A DNA stretch of 64,000 nt from assembly GCA_030264375.1 (NCBI GenBank), contig JASCQW010000132.1, positions 122,422,472-122,486,471 of the forward strand. Reading direction: 5' to 3'. Origin of the DNA: Carcharhinus longimanus. Lineage: Eukaryota. Shown here piece after piece: positions 37,331 to 50,289 of this stretch. The position numbers were made by a program, and so were the translations under genes. The notes under the pieces were generated by a model. It did not search any database, had not been told where the DNA came from, and saw only the letters and a program-made list of their open reading frames with translations. Every line of letters begins with the position of its first letter. The first letter of the stretch is position 1.

Positions 37331-38075
37331 GAAACAAGACAGAAGAAGGAAGTTCATAACAATTGTACAGTTCATAATATGATAGAGAAACAAGCTGAGA
37401 GGAATCCAAAGAAAAAGAAAATAAGAGGAACAAATAAAAAGAGTATAAAATAAATTGGCAGTAAACACAAAAAAGGGAACCACAAAGTACTTTACAAGCA
37501 TATTAACAATATAAGAATAGTCAGAGCAAGGGATAGGAAAAATTAGGAAACAAAGTGGATTTCTTCTATTAGTGACAGAGGGCATGGCTGAGGTATTAAG
37601 TGAGTACTTTGCATTTGTATTCATCAGAAAAGTGAATTCTACCAACGTAGCAGTAAAGGAAAAGGCACTAGTGGTGATATTGAGTAGGAAAAAATTGATG
37701 GAGAGGAGGTTCTTCAAAGGCTGGCAGTCCTCAAAGTAGAAGACTCACCTGGTACTGATGCAATGCATCCTAGGTTACTGAGCAAGGTAAGAATGGCAAT
37801 TGAAGTTCTGGCCACAATCTTCCAAGACTCCTTGGTTAGGGGAATGGTACCAGAGAACTGGAGGATAGCAAATGTTATACTCCTGTCTAAAAAAAGGAGT
37901 TTTATAAACTCCAGGTCAGTCAGACTAATGTCAGTAGTGGAGAAACAGTTGGAGACATTAACCTGGGCCAAACTCAATAGGCATTGAGGAAAATAACAAA
38001 CGAAGGTCAGATGGATTTGTAAAAGGCACATCGTGTTTGATTAAAGAAGAGAAGGTAGAGAGGAAATTTAATGTG
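37330..38075 (+). mobile_element. CR1 ORF2 fragment
   Basis: MHPRLL..LATIFQDSL..VPENWRIANVILL. Confidence 0.75.
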
Positions 38076-38449
38076 GTGTTCAGTGCTCTGAGGGGTCAAG
38101 CCAGAGTAAACAGCAAGGGTTGAAAATGAACCAGAGAACATCAATTTACAAAGATTGGCAAAAGAATTCAAGGCGGCATGCAGCAAAACTTTTTAAAGCA
38201 GCGAATAGCAAACTCGTGTGTGTTTGTCAATCAGNNNNNNNNNNNNNNNNNNNNNNNNNNNNNNNNNNNNNNNNNNNNNNNNNNNNNNNNNNNNNNNNNN
38301 NNNNNNNNNNNNNNNNNNNNNNNNNNNNNNNNNNGTGTGTGTTTGTCAATCATCTTTCATTTCCTCAATTAAAAGCTTTTTTTTAAAACACTGAGTTATT
38401 TTGACCTGGAAAGGTGATGGAAGCCAGTTCAACAGTAACATGGGCAGGC

Positions 38450-39003
38450 GATTACACAGTGGTATTTTCAGTAGACCAGTAATCTAGAGAACTCTCTGGG
38501 GACCTGGGTTTAAATCCCACTGTGGCAGGTGACAAAATTCAAAGCCTAATGATCATTATGAAACCAAAACCCATCTGGTTCATTAATGAGGCACAGTGGT
38601 TAGCATTGTTGCCTCACAGCTCCAGGGACCTGGGTTTGATTCCCAGCTTGGGACACTGAGTAGGGTTTGCACATTATTCATGTCTGCGTGGAGATACTCT
38701 GGTTTCCTCCCACAGTCCAAAGATGTGCAGGTTAGGTGCATTGGGCCATGTTAAATTGTCTCTTAGTGTCCTGGGATATGTAGGTTAGAGCGATTAGCGG
38801 GGTAAATGTGTAGAGTTATGGGTTTAGGGCCTCGGTGGGATTGTTGTTTGTGCAGACTCATGGGCCCAATGGCCTCCTTTTGAACTGTCAGGTTTCTATG
38901 ATTCTATGCTTTTAGGGAAGGAAAACTGCCATCCTTAGTCCTGATCCACTCTAAAAAAAAATCCCTTCTGAAATGGCCTTCAAGCCGTTCAGTTCAAGGG
39001 CAA
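38450..39003 (+). mobile_element. Family C SINE with a nested HE1 V-SINE (38590-38908)
   Basis: AAACCCATCTGGTTCATTAATG | full HE1 | CTTTTAGGGAAGGAAAACTGCC continuation. Confidence 0.75.
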
Positions 39004-39910
39004 TATATATTGAATGAATATGAAAATTGGATAAATATCTGAGGGCAAAGTAATTATAGTGCCATGGGGAAAGAGCAAGGGAATTAAATTAATTGCATGG
39101 CTCTACAGTAGATTCTGAATGGATATGTTAGGCTGAATGGTTTTTTTCTTGATGATTCTAGTTTTAGAATATCAGCGCTAGCTTAAAACCATTCTTTTAG
39201 AAGCCAGCCAGCATAAATTTATTCATCTTACTGACCCTATCATAGCTGTTCACTCCGTTGTTACTCTCCTACGTTTGGCAAGCAGGACATTGAGTTGTAA
39301 TTTCTTCAATATCTGCAGGCGTACAATAATGACGTATGCCACCATATATATACACCAAACAAGTAGGCATGTAAAACATGTTTCTTCTCTGACTTCAGCT
39401 TGTGAAACCAGTCCTTGCTCAGTTAAGTTGGTTTGTTGACACATCTCACTCCAACAGCGAGCAACTTGAACAGCGTGCATCAAACTACCACAAANNNNNN
39501 NNNNCGATTAGACTGCTTGGGGGAATGGGACGAAGTTATCTCTCTCTTGGAAGTGAGATGAAATTGTCTCTCTCTCACTCGGGAGTGTGAGATGAAGTTG
39601 TCTCTCTTGGGAGCATCAAAGATATTCCTTTGCCACATGTACTGAAAATTGTGGGATGTTGCTTACATCTCCTGGAAGGATCCACATGCAAAAATGTTAG
39701 CGGCTACACTTGCATTATCAGCCACAGGCAGAGCTGTTTTTGCATTGAAGTTTCAATTGTGCATGCAGCAATTGACAGATTTAAGTCACAACCTCTTTGA
39801 TGAAGTGACAGACATTTAATACATTGATCTGGGCTGAGGTTGAAATCGGAGAATTCGTCCTTTAAGATAATACTTTCCGATGATAAGCTCTCTCATCTTC
39901 CTCCTCATAG

Positions 39911-39969
39911 CTTGGCATGTGCTATGGTTTGTCTTCAGTCTCCCAACTATGTTGAACTCCCAGAAAAAG
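39911..39969 (+). other. Candidate exon of a small + strand transcript
   Basis: Pyrimidine tract CTCTCTCATCTTCCTCCTCATAG| and donor AAG|GTAAGA; ATG at 39924 in strong context gctATGg. Confidence 0.45.
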
Positions 39970-40696
39970 GTAAGAAAATAGAACCAGTTAGATCACTCAC
40001 TCTGCACGTATGTATAGAAAAGTTCCAGCAGCCAAAATTAGTAATCCAGCAGCTAACACTTATGATCTCTTAAAATAGCACTTGTGGAATCCTTTATTCT
40101 GTTTAATTCAAGGTTAAGACATGGGATTGTATGGAGTTCAGAATGGCAGCACAACTTCAGATTACACATTGACGGACATCATAATCTGTCTGCTTTGCAT
40201 GTTGACTGTGGTTAGAATGACGTAGACACATACATCACTTTGCCAAGATAGCATCTGGCACCCCATCTGAAATGTCCAGGCACTTCTCAATACCCATTTT
40301 CAAAACGTTGGGTTGCTTTTTAGAGCTTAAAATGGCTGATACATAGCCCAATTTAGATGCCATTTTGTCCCCTCAATTCAAAGTCATCATGAAATAAAGC
40401 TGTAATTATGCAATTAAAATTTAACAGAAGATTCCATAAATATTACATTAACAGGCAGTGCTGTCATAGTACATTAATTTGTGAACCTTTTTTCTGCAGC
40501 ATAGTTTACCTGACAGTTTGCCAATGCTGCTGTATTTAAATCCTACCTACTCTAACATTATTAATATTTTGGAATAGTTGTGCAATTTTTTTTAACCAAA
40601 CTGATCAAGTGCTTCTTGTCCTTAAGCTAGCAACCATTCACTGGCAATAATTAGTACAGTGGAACAGGGAGAGAGTTGCAAATGGGTAGTGAAATT

Positions 40697-40970
40697 CTCA
40701 TAGAATCCCTACAGTGCATTTGACCCATCAAACCTGACTGACAACTATCCCACCCAGGCCCTATCCATGTAACCCCACGTATTTACCCTGCTAGTCCCCC
40801 TAACACTGAGGAGCAATTTAGCATGTTCATTCAACCCAACCTGCACATCTTTAAACTGTGGAAGGAATGTGGAGCACCAAGGGAAACCCATGTAGACATG
40901 GGGAGAATGTGCAGACTCCACACAGCCAGTGACTCAATGCCAGAATTGAACCCAGGTCCCGGGCACTGTG
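40697..40970 (-). mobile_element. HE1 V-SINE (tail A)
   Basis: CATAGAATCCCTACAGTGCA tail, V-domain, GAATTGAACCC B box on the minus strand. Confidence 0.8.
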
Positions 40971-40971
40971 A

Positions 40972-43900
40972 CTTCTGTTTGTTATTGGCTGACAACTTTT
41001 GAAGGATAATGAATTGATGTACGAGATGTCTTCACTTCACAAAAGAGGTCATGGCTTAAATCCGCTGCAGCCAGAATTGCAACCTCAAAGCACAGCAGCA
41101 CAGCCTGTGGCTGCTAATGTAAGTGTGGCCTCTAACATCTGTCTTTCCTGACTTCTACTGGAGGTGCAAGCAACATCTCACTGTTGACAGTGCATTTCTG
41201 CAAAGGAATGTCACGGACTCCCTCTGTACACAGAAAAGCACGTTTGTAAGAGAAAATGATTTGCAGAAGTTTAGCGCATGTGGCTCAAATTGCCTGTTGT
41301 TTTAGCGAGATGTGAAACATTAAATGGGTAAGGACTGGCTTCATAAGCTGAAGCTAGACAAGAAACATAGTTTCCAAGTTGAGACACTCAAGACGTTTGA
41401 TCACCTATTGAAAAGTTGCAGCAACATTTTCAAGTACACCTATGAAGACACAATTGCTGTGAAAGTGCATATCTACAGCAGGCCTGATGCAAAACCAGTG
41501 TGTTGCAAATCTCAGCTGGCTCCTTATGCTCACAACACCAAGATTGAGAAGGAAGTAAAGAGGCTAGAAATAAATGGTATGCTTGTAATAGCAGTAATTG
41601 AGTAAGCCCAATGGTAATATTGCCCGTGTCAGGCAAAACCATTAAAACTGTATGGGCACTATAAGAGCAGTATCCATTACTGCTCTCCCAAGAAGGTAGC
41701 GGAATCCAATAATGGAGGCCATTCATGAAGTTAGATTTGTCCTATGCCTATGCACAATTTAATGTGGACAGAGAGCGTCAGCAGTATCACATGGTATATA
41801 CAGACATGGTATGGTGTTGCATTCCCATATAAAGTCTTCCAAGTTACAATGGATAAGGTTTTTCTAGAAGTGTTGCATTGTTTGTATGATCAGGATGAAC
41901 TGCTGACGACGACGACAAGAGGAAGAGAATCTTTATGTGATGAATGAAATGCTAACAAGGCTCAATGGTCACAATATGAAATTGGAAAAGTGCAAGTGTG
42001 CCTTTCTGCAAATTGTACTTTGCCTTGCAAACCAATGAAAAGAGGTTACAACTAATGTTGGGCTGCCAGACTAGAACCGCAAGACATATCATGAAGCCAG
42101 ACTAGACCCCAACAATTTTTCTATTTTAGCATAAATATGAGCAAAGGATGCTTTACCTCAAGGGTAAATTCCACTTTAATTCCACAATTAGGGATCTTTT
42201 GTAGTAAAACAAACTTCATTCATAACACAGTTTAAGTATAACTCTAACAAAATGAAGCAGTTTAATTATTTACAATTGAACAATCTTTAGGCATGAAAAT
42301 AACCCTTACTTTCAAACTTATCACTATTTCAGTTCTAATTCAGCAACATTTCTCTTACAGACTTAAATCCTGTATAGTTAGCAAACCCAGGCATACTTGC
42401 TTTGACTTGTGCAATAGCCTTGGAGCTTTTAGAGAGGAGTTGGCTTTTCAGGGCAGCCTCTAGGCCTCTGCCTTTAACCTACTTGTCAGCAACTGCTCTT
42501 TTTTTTAAAAATGAAAATAAAAATGTTTTTCTGCTATAAGCCTAGTCCCTCCCATTTCTAATATCACAAGACTTTTTTGACTCTGTATACCTAGCTCACC
42601 TTTGATTACTTTAAATCAGAAAAGCATGCCAGAGTCCTTTCCTTTTGCACATGAAAGCTTTTCTGCTAAATAAACACTTACATGGCTAAAGTGAGTAATT
42701 ACTCTGCTTGCCAGTATCTGCTGCACTCCCTCCTAGAACAAAAAACTGAATCTTCAAGCAGTCTTCCTTAAACATAAATTAAATTAATAGCAGTATCATC
42801 ACCCACCAGCGAAAGAGGAGATAGCGACTATATCAATAACCCAACGCCAACTAATAATGTTTGAGCTTAGGNNNNNNNNNNNNATGGTCCAATACAACTC
42901 TCAATTTCTACCTGAGCTTGCAATTTTGTTAGCTCCACTGTTGAAGAAAGATGTGAAACGGGAATGGTCTTAAGCACAAGATGCTTATGAAGCATGAAAG
43001 AGAAGTTTGACTAATGATGCGCTACTGCACTTGTTTATTAGAATACAAATTGTGACTTGAAACTAGCACATAATGCTTTAATCTAGGAGTTGGGGGCAGT
43101 GATCAGTCATGGATGGAAAAGTCATAAACAGAAGCACATATCATTCACATTGCATATCTACAACAAGAGTGAAACCAATGATCTACGCATAGGAAAGAAA
43201 GCGCTCGAAATCATTTTCAGAATGAAAGCATTTCACCATTTTTGTCAGGTAGAAGCATAGTATCAGATCAGTCTTGCACTGAACTCTGCAATACCAAAGA
43301 TGGCAGTATCAAGAATGCAGTGGTCCACTGCACTTATTGCACAGTATGGCTACAATATCAAGTACTTCCATTCAGTAGAGAATGCAATAGTTGAAGCATT
43401 GTTGAAGTTACTGCATGAAGACTCAAAAGCAATTGTGAAGGTTTCAGCATCAGCTTTCCAACAATTCACCTGACACCATTCTCCTGCCTCCTCCTTGCAA
43501 CCCTGCACATTCTTCCTTCTCAGATAATGATCCAATTTCCTCTCAGAAGACTCAATTGAGCCTGCCTTCATCACAACTTAGACAGTCCATCCCAGGTCTT
43601 AACAACTCACTACCTAAAAAGAACTCTCCTCAAATTTCATGGATCACTTGAGGAGCTAATCTCAGATAATGGTTCCATTCCAAAATTTCATGAAGCAAAA
43701 TTGTATCAAATTCCTCCTTTCCATCCAGCCAGAAATGTAGGAGTTGAAAGATTTGTCAGGATAGTTAAAGAAATATATGCTGTATAAGGCTTCAAAACTC
43801 CATTCAAGATTATTAGCACCTACTGAAATTTTGATAATGAGACAGTTAAGTGCATATCTGAGTAGAATCCTGCTAACTTTGTTAAAATTGAACACAAACA

Positions 43901-44545
43901 GTCCAGTGAAAATCTGCAGTACAACACAAAAAAAGGGGAATGTAGTTTCAAACAAAGTGAATACATTTGTGTTTTGAGCACATCCCCCACCCCCCGCCAC
44001 AGGTCACACAAGTGTTGAAATATGGGAAATATAGTAGAAGTGTGTGGAACCAAAAGATACATGGTTGAATTTGGACAGAAGGTGAAGAAATATTCACGTA
44101 GACCACAAGATCCTGGCAAGGAATGAATGAACCCAAATGTGAGCATGATCCACTTGGCCAAGAGGCCATGTTGATTGCTGTGACTGAAATGCCAATTTCC
44201 CTGTAAGAAAGAAGATCTTCTTTGAGCACTGAATAAAAATCAGTTGAAAATGTGACCCTACACCGATACCTGTGTGGAGATTAAGAAGGTTTCATAAACC
44301 AATTATTAAACTTGATTTGTAAATGTGGTTTAAAAATAGCTGGTTATAATTATGCCAAGTGTGCTATTGAAAGTAAACAAAAATACTTTTCTCTCAGGAG
44401 GGAAAGCAACGTAAACATATTAGATTATGTTAATTAGATAAGATGCCAAAGCATGTGCAGTATGAAATTACTAAATAAACTTTGCCATCATTGGCCATTC
44501 TTCATGTCTGTCTTCTATATTTATGCTGTCCAATATGTTAAACAA
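40972..44545 (+). mobile_element. Highly decayed Gypsy element (gag-pol, PPT, short 3' LTR)
   Basis: MGKDWLHKLKLD; PDAKPVCCKS..PYA..KIEKEVKRLE; LDLSYAYAQ; ISDNGSI (integrase); PPT TCAGGAGGGAAAG at about 44394 followed by an AATAAA-containing LTR-like segment. Confidence 0.75.
42056..42801 (-). mobile_element. Solo-LTR-like insertion nested in the Gypsy pol
   Basis: TGTTG...CATCA ends; pol-like coding (..GLQ | PTS..PTPTNNV) is interrupted at this point. Confidence 0.55.
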
Positions 44546-44574
44546 GCATCTAGAGTGTACAGCAGGTTTGACCT

Positions 44575-44832
44575 TTTTCTAATTCTTCTGTGAGACATGA
44601 GCGTTGCTGGCTGGCCAGCATTTATTGCCCATCGTGAGTTGCCATTGGAGGGCAGTTGAGAGTCAAACTGTGGCTCCGGAGTCACATGTAGGCTCAATCA
44701 GGTAAGGATGACAGATTTCCTTCCCTAAAGGACATTACTGAACCAGATGGGTTTCTCTGCCAATCGACAATGGTTTCATGGTCGTTGGTAGATTTTAAAT
44801 TCCAGATTTTTTAAATAGAATTCAAATTCCCC
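44575..44832 (-). mobile_element. Family C SINE
   Basis: GCTGGCTGGCCAGCATTTATTGCCC tail; GATTTCCTTCCCTAAAGGACATT body. Confidence 0.7.
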
Positions 44833-44836
44833 TGAC

Positions 44837-45090
44837 GTGCAGGATGCCATTGACCACATGAAAATTACTTTGCATGTGCCTAATGTGAATGGTGCCATTT
44901 TCAGGGACTGAAAGGGATTTTACCCCTACAATATGCAGCTAGTGTGTGAGCAGGGGCAAATGTGTTATGTAGGTCAATGCCCAATACTCTAAGAGCAGTT
45001 ACAATTTCCTCATTCAAGACAGTTTTCTATGACTATCTATTTGAACCACTCCGTGGCACTGTGAAAGGTTGATTTCTTTTGGACTGCTGC
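44837..45090 (+). mobile_element. Harbinger (HARBI1-like) DDE transposase remnant
   Basis: VQDAIDHMKI..FRD*KGFYPYNMQLVCE matches the Harbinger GAIDGTHI..NRKGFHS.NVQ.VCD motif. Confidence 0.7.
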
Positions 45091-45174
45091 AGATACAGGA
45101 TGGCTCTCCTATTTTCCACCTCTTGCACTAAGACCTAGAGTGCATTGTCAGAAAACCTTCGTGCTCACTCTCTC

Positions 45175-45695
45175 ATATAAGAACTAGGAGCAGGAGTAGG
45201 CCATTTGGCCCCTTGAGCCTGCTCCACCATTCAACAAAATCATGGCTCAGCTTTTTGTGGATTCAGCTCCACTTACCCACCTGCTCACCATAACCCTTAA
45301 TTCCTTTACTGTTCAAGAATTTATCTTTGCCTTAAAAACACATTCAATGAGGTAGCCTCAACTGCTTCACTGGGCAGGGAATTCCACAAATTCACAATCC
45401 TTTGGGTGAAGAAGTTCCTCCTCAACTCAGTCCTAAATCTGCTTCCCCTTATTTTGAGGCTATGTCCCCTAGTTCTGGTTTCACCCACCAACGGAAACAA
45501 ACTCTCTACTTCTGTCTTATCTATTCCCTTCATAATTTTACATGTTTCTATAAGATCCTCTCTCATTCCTCTAAATTCCAACAAGTACAGACCCAGTCTG
45601 CTTAGTCTTTCCTCATAAGCCAATCCTTTCAGCTCTGGAACTAACCCAATAAATCTCCTCTGCATCCTCCCCAGTGCCAGTAGCCTTTCTCAAGT
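45175..45695 (-). mobile_element. Relatively young CR1 3' end
   Basis: MQRRFIGLVPELKGLAYEERLSRLGLY..RTRGHSLKI..FFTQRIVNLWNSLP; 3' UTR GGCCAAATGGCCTACTCCTGCTCCTAGTTCTTAT. Confidence 0.9.
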
Positions 45696-47339
45696 AGAGA
45701 CAGAGGTGGTGACCTCACCAACATATGCAGCAGCCTTTTGTGAGGCCTTGTTGAAGTTTTGCAGTCCAGATTTACTTTTCAAGACACACCAATCACTTGA
45801 TGCACATTGCCTTGAAGAAGGGTGAACTACTTGCAATATCACATCAATGCATGAAGGCAATGTGTGCTGTCAGCACTACCCAATCATTTAAAACAGCCAA
45901 GTGTCAAATTAAGTACTGTCTGCTAATCACAAACCATGACCCCACAACCATTCTTCAGGGTAGCAAATTTAACTCCAATGCTTTGCATTTGGACTGATAT
46001 TGACTAGAGTGTTTGAAGGTTATTTCCAGTCTTTGAAACACTAATTTGAATCCAGCCTAGACTTTCAATCCTGCCCAAGAGGAAGACGTGTTAGTGAAAT
46101 GCATTTATCACTTGGGAGAGAGGATGTGATGAGTAACCACACAGAAATTGTTTTTAAAATCTGAGGAGGGAGAACAACTGCACATTTATCCAACATATTC
46201 AATCACACTAGGAATGCAAGTTTTTCAACAGAATTTGAAGCTTGCCAAAGACCCTTGATCATTCTTCCTGTAAAACTGGCACTAGGGACATTAAAATAGT
46301 CATTACCGTGCAGTTTATGTTCAAAGCCAAGAGTTATTGGGTCCATTTATTTCAAGGATAATGGGAACACTGAGTGCATTATAGTTGAAGCCATGCACAA
46401 AACCAAGTTCACTCGAGCATAAAATAGGATTTTATCATGTTTCATTTGTCCTTGATTCTGTAGTTGCTAAATGCAAATCTAGTCAGCTACAGAGCTGTGA
46501 TTTTCCAGTCAACCCAGCAGCAGGTTTAATGGTGGGTAGAGGAGGGCAATGGGGCAGGAGCTGAAAAATTGGTTTCCCGTTGACGTAAAATGATGGTGGG
46601 AACTTACGCTCCTGCCCATTGTGATGGGTCAGTGTGAAACTACATTGCATTCCGTTAATTGGATGATGTGAAGCCTTAACCGGAGTTGTGCCTTCCTGTC
46701 CAATTACTCACATTGATCCAAAAAAGCGTGAAATCCTGCTGGCAATGTGACATGGGCATGTCAGAACTCATCTGAAAAGAACGCCTGGGGCAGCTTACAG
46801 AGAGCAACCATAGATCCTGGAGAACCCGCATGCAGAGTGGATGGGTGGAATTTCTAACATATGGATCTCTGGGCTGCAGGAACCCCCAAGACGTGGATCT
46901 GTCCTGAGACTGGATTAGATGGGCAGAAGAGGAATGAAGATGGGGGGAGGGGTGGGGAGGTGTGAAGACCTGATTGAGGGTTNNNNNNNNNNNNNNNNNN
47001 NNNNNNNNNNNNNNNNNNNNNNNNNNNNNNNNNNNNNNNNNNNNNNNNNNNNNNNNNNNNNNNNNNNNNNNNNNNNNNNNNNCAGACCCGAGTGGGAACC
47101 TCATGGGGGGAGGGGGGTTGTGGAGAGGGTTCGTTTATTCACGGAGTGATTGGGGGCAGACATGGGAGCTGGGGATGCCAACAATGGCTGGGGTAAGGGG
47201 TCTGATATTTGGGGGGGAGGTGCTGGCACTGACTGTTGGGGATGAATGCTAGCTCCGGTTGTGGGGGTGGGTGGAATACTGGCTCTGATAGCATGCCAAT
47301 CAAACAGCCCACTTGTTTGGCACCCCATCTGCATACATT

Positions 47340-47810
47340 CACTCACTCCACTACCGACACACAGTGGCAGGAGTGTGTACCAACTACAGAACGACTACAG
47401 CAACTCACCAAGGCTCCTTCAACAGCACCGTCCAAACCAGTGACCTCTACCACCTAGAAGGACAAGGAAAGCAGAGGCCATCATTTTCAAGTTCCTTCAT
47501 TCAAGCCACTCACCATCCTGACTTGGAAATATATCACTGATCCTTCACTGTCACTGGTTCAAAGGGCAGAGTTCTCCAGCTGGTCTAAAAGCTGGAATTC
47601 CAGCCCGATCCTCAATAGCATTTCACATTCTCTGCAACCTGCCTGCTAAAATTCCAGTGGGATGGAGAATTCTAGCCAAATAGCTGAAGACCCCATCCCA
47701 ACAGTGCTGTGGGTGTATCTGCACCATATGGATTGCAGTGGTCAAGAAGGAGAGATAGGAATTAAATAGTGGCCTAGCCAGCAACGCCCACATCCTGGGA
47801 AAGAATAAGG
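47340..47810 (+). mobile_element. 3' end of the second LINE family with a nested MITE (about 47564-47677)
   Basis: CACTCCACTACCGACACACAGTGGCAG...CACCATCCTGACTTGGAAATATATC...GGCCTAGCCAGCAACGCCCACATCC; MITE ends GGGCAGAGTTCTCC / GGAGAATTCTAGCC. Confidence 0.7.
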
Positions 47811-48112
47811 AAATCTGCCTGCCCCATGTGGATTTCCCATGTGCTACAGATTAGCACAATTTAAAGGTGAAAGTCAGTAATTGCTGACAGCTTCCCAGTA
47901 CACTGGCAATTTTACACCTTTTACCTTGTCAAGTTAATATCCACTCTCCCCACCACTCTTCACACACCAAGTATATATTTTAATCAAGGCATTAATCTTA
48001 ATTTAGGGAAACAAGTCTTCAGAGAGTAAAAAAATGCTCAGATGTTTGAACTACAGAATTTATTTTCCTCTCTGGACTGTCTATTTTCTTCCTTTTTATA
48101 TTTCTTGGCCAG

Positions 48113-48460
48113 GTTCTTATCACATCCAGCATTTCTTGACAGATAAGGTCAGAGAAAGAAGAACATTTAGCGCTGATGTTGTCATCATGAGGAGTCTCCA
48201 CTGCCTATCTCTGAAAGGGATTTGACAAGAGTTGATGGACTGGAGATCACGGTCTGTTGCAGTTTCACTGACACCACATCTGCCAGTCTGAAACTAATAA
48301 TGGAACGTGAATGAGAGATAGACTGCTACTACGCTTCTTGCTGCAAGCCTAACATTTAGATGACAATGCCATTTTCAATCAGTTTATTTAGCCACAATTT
48401 ATGCACACAGGCTGTAAAATGAAGTACTTTACAGCAACAATAAATAAATGCATTATTTGT
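48113..48460 (+). other. Candidate terminal exon (ORF end at 48225, AATAAA at 48439)
   Basis: Long pyrimidine tract TTTTCTTCCTTTTTATATTTCTTGGCCAG|; phase 1 is compatible with the 39911-39969 exon; AATAAATAAA about 215 nt after the stop. Confidence 0.4.
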
Positions 48461-50097
48461 AACTACTCCTGATAGCATCAAGAGTTTGAGGGCTCTAAAA
48501 TTGTAATTACATTGGTGATACTGCGCAATATGGAATGTCTGCTAATGGCATTTAGCTGAGTTTGTCTGAGCATCAATTACTTACATTGTGAAAATATAGG
48601 CCAATGGTTTTAATTATTTTACCAGCGGAAAATAAGGGATACAATAGGGACTTTACTTTTGGAATTCTAATCTGTAGCTTTTACAAAGTTCTCTCTTGTT
48701 TCTTATCCTCTAATACAATATTGCTTTGTGGTTCACATCTCAGAGGAGGCTGGCATTGAAGTTATTCCCTTTTATCAGGCTTTCTATTACAACATGCATT
48801 GTTCAGGACTCCTGCATTAACCGTGTCATTATTTCACATTCTTTTTCCAAGGTGATCCCCTCTTTTTTGATTTTTGTATGCCAATGGATCTCATTTACAT
48901 GATATATTCAGGTATGAGACTCATTAGCAGTCCCCGGATCTGGCATTTCTCTTCTAGGAATGCCTTCCCTGAAGAGGTACTGCTCTTCCCTCTGAATTCT
49001 CTTTGCTCTCAGCTCTGACGAGAGGTCATCTGCTGTCAGACCTGCCAAGATTTTCCAGCATTTTCTGTTTAAGTCTCAGATTCCAGCATCCACAGTATTT
49101 TGTTTTTGTCCCCAGAACTGCCTCTGTTAGTGATCTAGAGCTGGTACATGTTAAAAACTTGCAACTGCCTGCGCTAATAATTGCTTAGTGACATGGGCCC
49201 TGGAATTTATGGGGAAGCGGGATGGACCAGTATGACTGTCAGCGACCCAGAAATTATGGAAATACGGGAAAAGTGAAGACCTTGTCCATTTAACAAAATA
49301 CAAATTTTTGTATTTGGTTTCCCAGCAGCTGGCCAGATACAACAGTTGGCTGCTGCATTGCAGTAAAGCCTGATTTCCAAGACCGCAGATGGGAAATGGA
49401 GAGGAGGAAGAGAGAGAGGAAGAAATTATAAGGATGAGGAGAAAGGGGAGAATGCAGAAGGAGATAGGGGAAAAAATTGTCCTGGGGCTGAAGAAGAGAT
49501 TGTTGGAGGAGAGAGATTGTGGGGGGAAGGAATGTGAGGTAAGAGAATGTAAAAAGAGATTGCAGCAGAGAAGTAAGTGTTTTCAGGGAGAGATGGTGGG
49601 AAGAGATGGTGAGGATTAAAAGGGGGCAGTGGGTGCTGGTAGGATGGGAGAGGGAGAGCCGTGTGATGATGGGTGAAGGGTCAAGGGTCATTGAGGGTTG
49701 TTGGAAGGGAAATGGAAGTAAATTCTGGGAGTTGGTAGTATGAGCCAGAGTATGTTTATTGCCATTGGGATGCACACTTCAGGAAGTTAGTGGTCATGCC
49801 CAACACAGAGGGTAATGGGGGAGGGTAGTGCGATGACTTTGGGGATGCCACCGCAAAGACCCCTGCCAGATTCCACTCATCCTGCCAAAGACCCATTTAT
49901 GCACCCTTTGTTTTCAGCCAGCCAGCCAACTTCTATCCATGCTAATATGTTAACTCCTAATCATGAGCTTTTATTTTTTGCAATAACTTATGTGACACCT
50001 TATCAAATATCTTCCTTAAATCCAAATACAGTATGTCTACAGGCTCTGCTTTATCCACAGCATGTTACCTCTGAAAAGCTTGAATTGGTTAAACACG

Positions 50098-50233
50098 ACA
50101 GCTGGAATTTTGCAGCTGTTCATGCCCTGCCACCACTGCAAGTGAGGACAGAGAATTTGGCATTCAGCCAACTCTGTTCACTGCAGCAGAACCAGAAAAT
50201 CCTACTGGCACGAACAGTCAGAAAATTTCAGCC
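50098..50233. mobile_element. Harbinger-like MITE (sister copy at 51710-51843)
   Basis: Shared core GCTGTTCATGCC..CACCACT.CAAG.GAGGACAGAGAATTTGG; TIR-like GCTGGAATTTT / AAAATTTCAGCC. Confidence 0.65.
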
Positions 50234-50289
50234 AATTTCTCTTCCACAAAATTCACACTCTGTTCCCGATTACTTTTAGAATTTCTACG

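Noticed and set aside
39530-39612. Three short repeats with spacer-like variation
   Set aside because: Degenerate minisatellite next to a 10-N gap; eukaryotic DNA, not CRISPR
49290-49775. 161-aa Leu/Ser/Pro-rich ORF
   Set aside because: Purine-rich low-complexity strand bias, no domain or splice support
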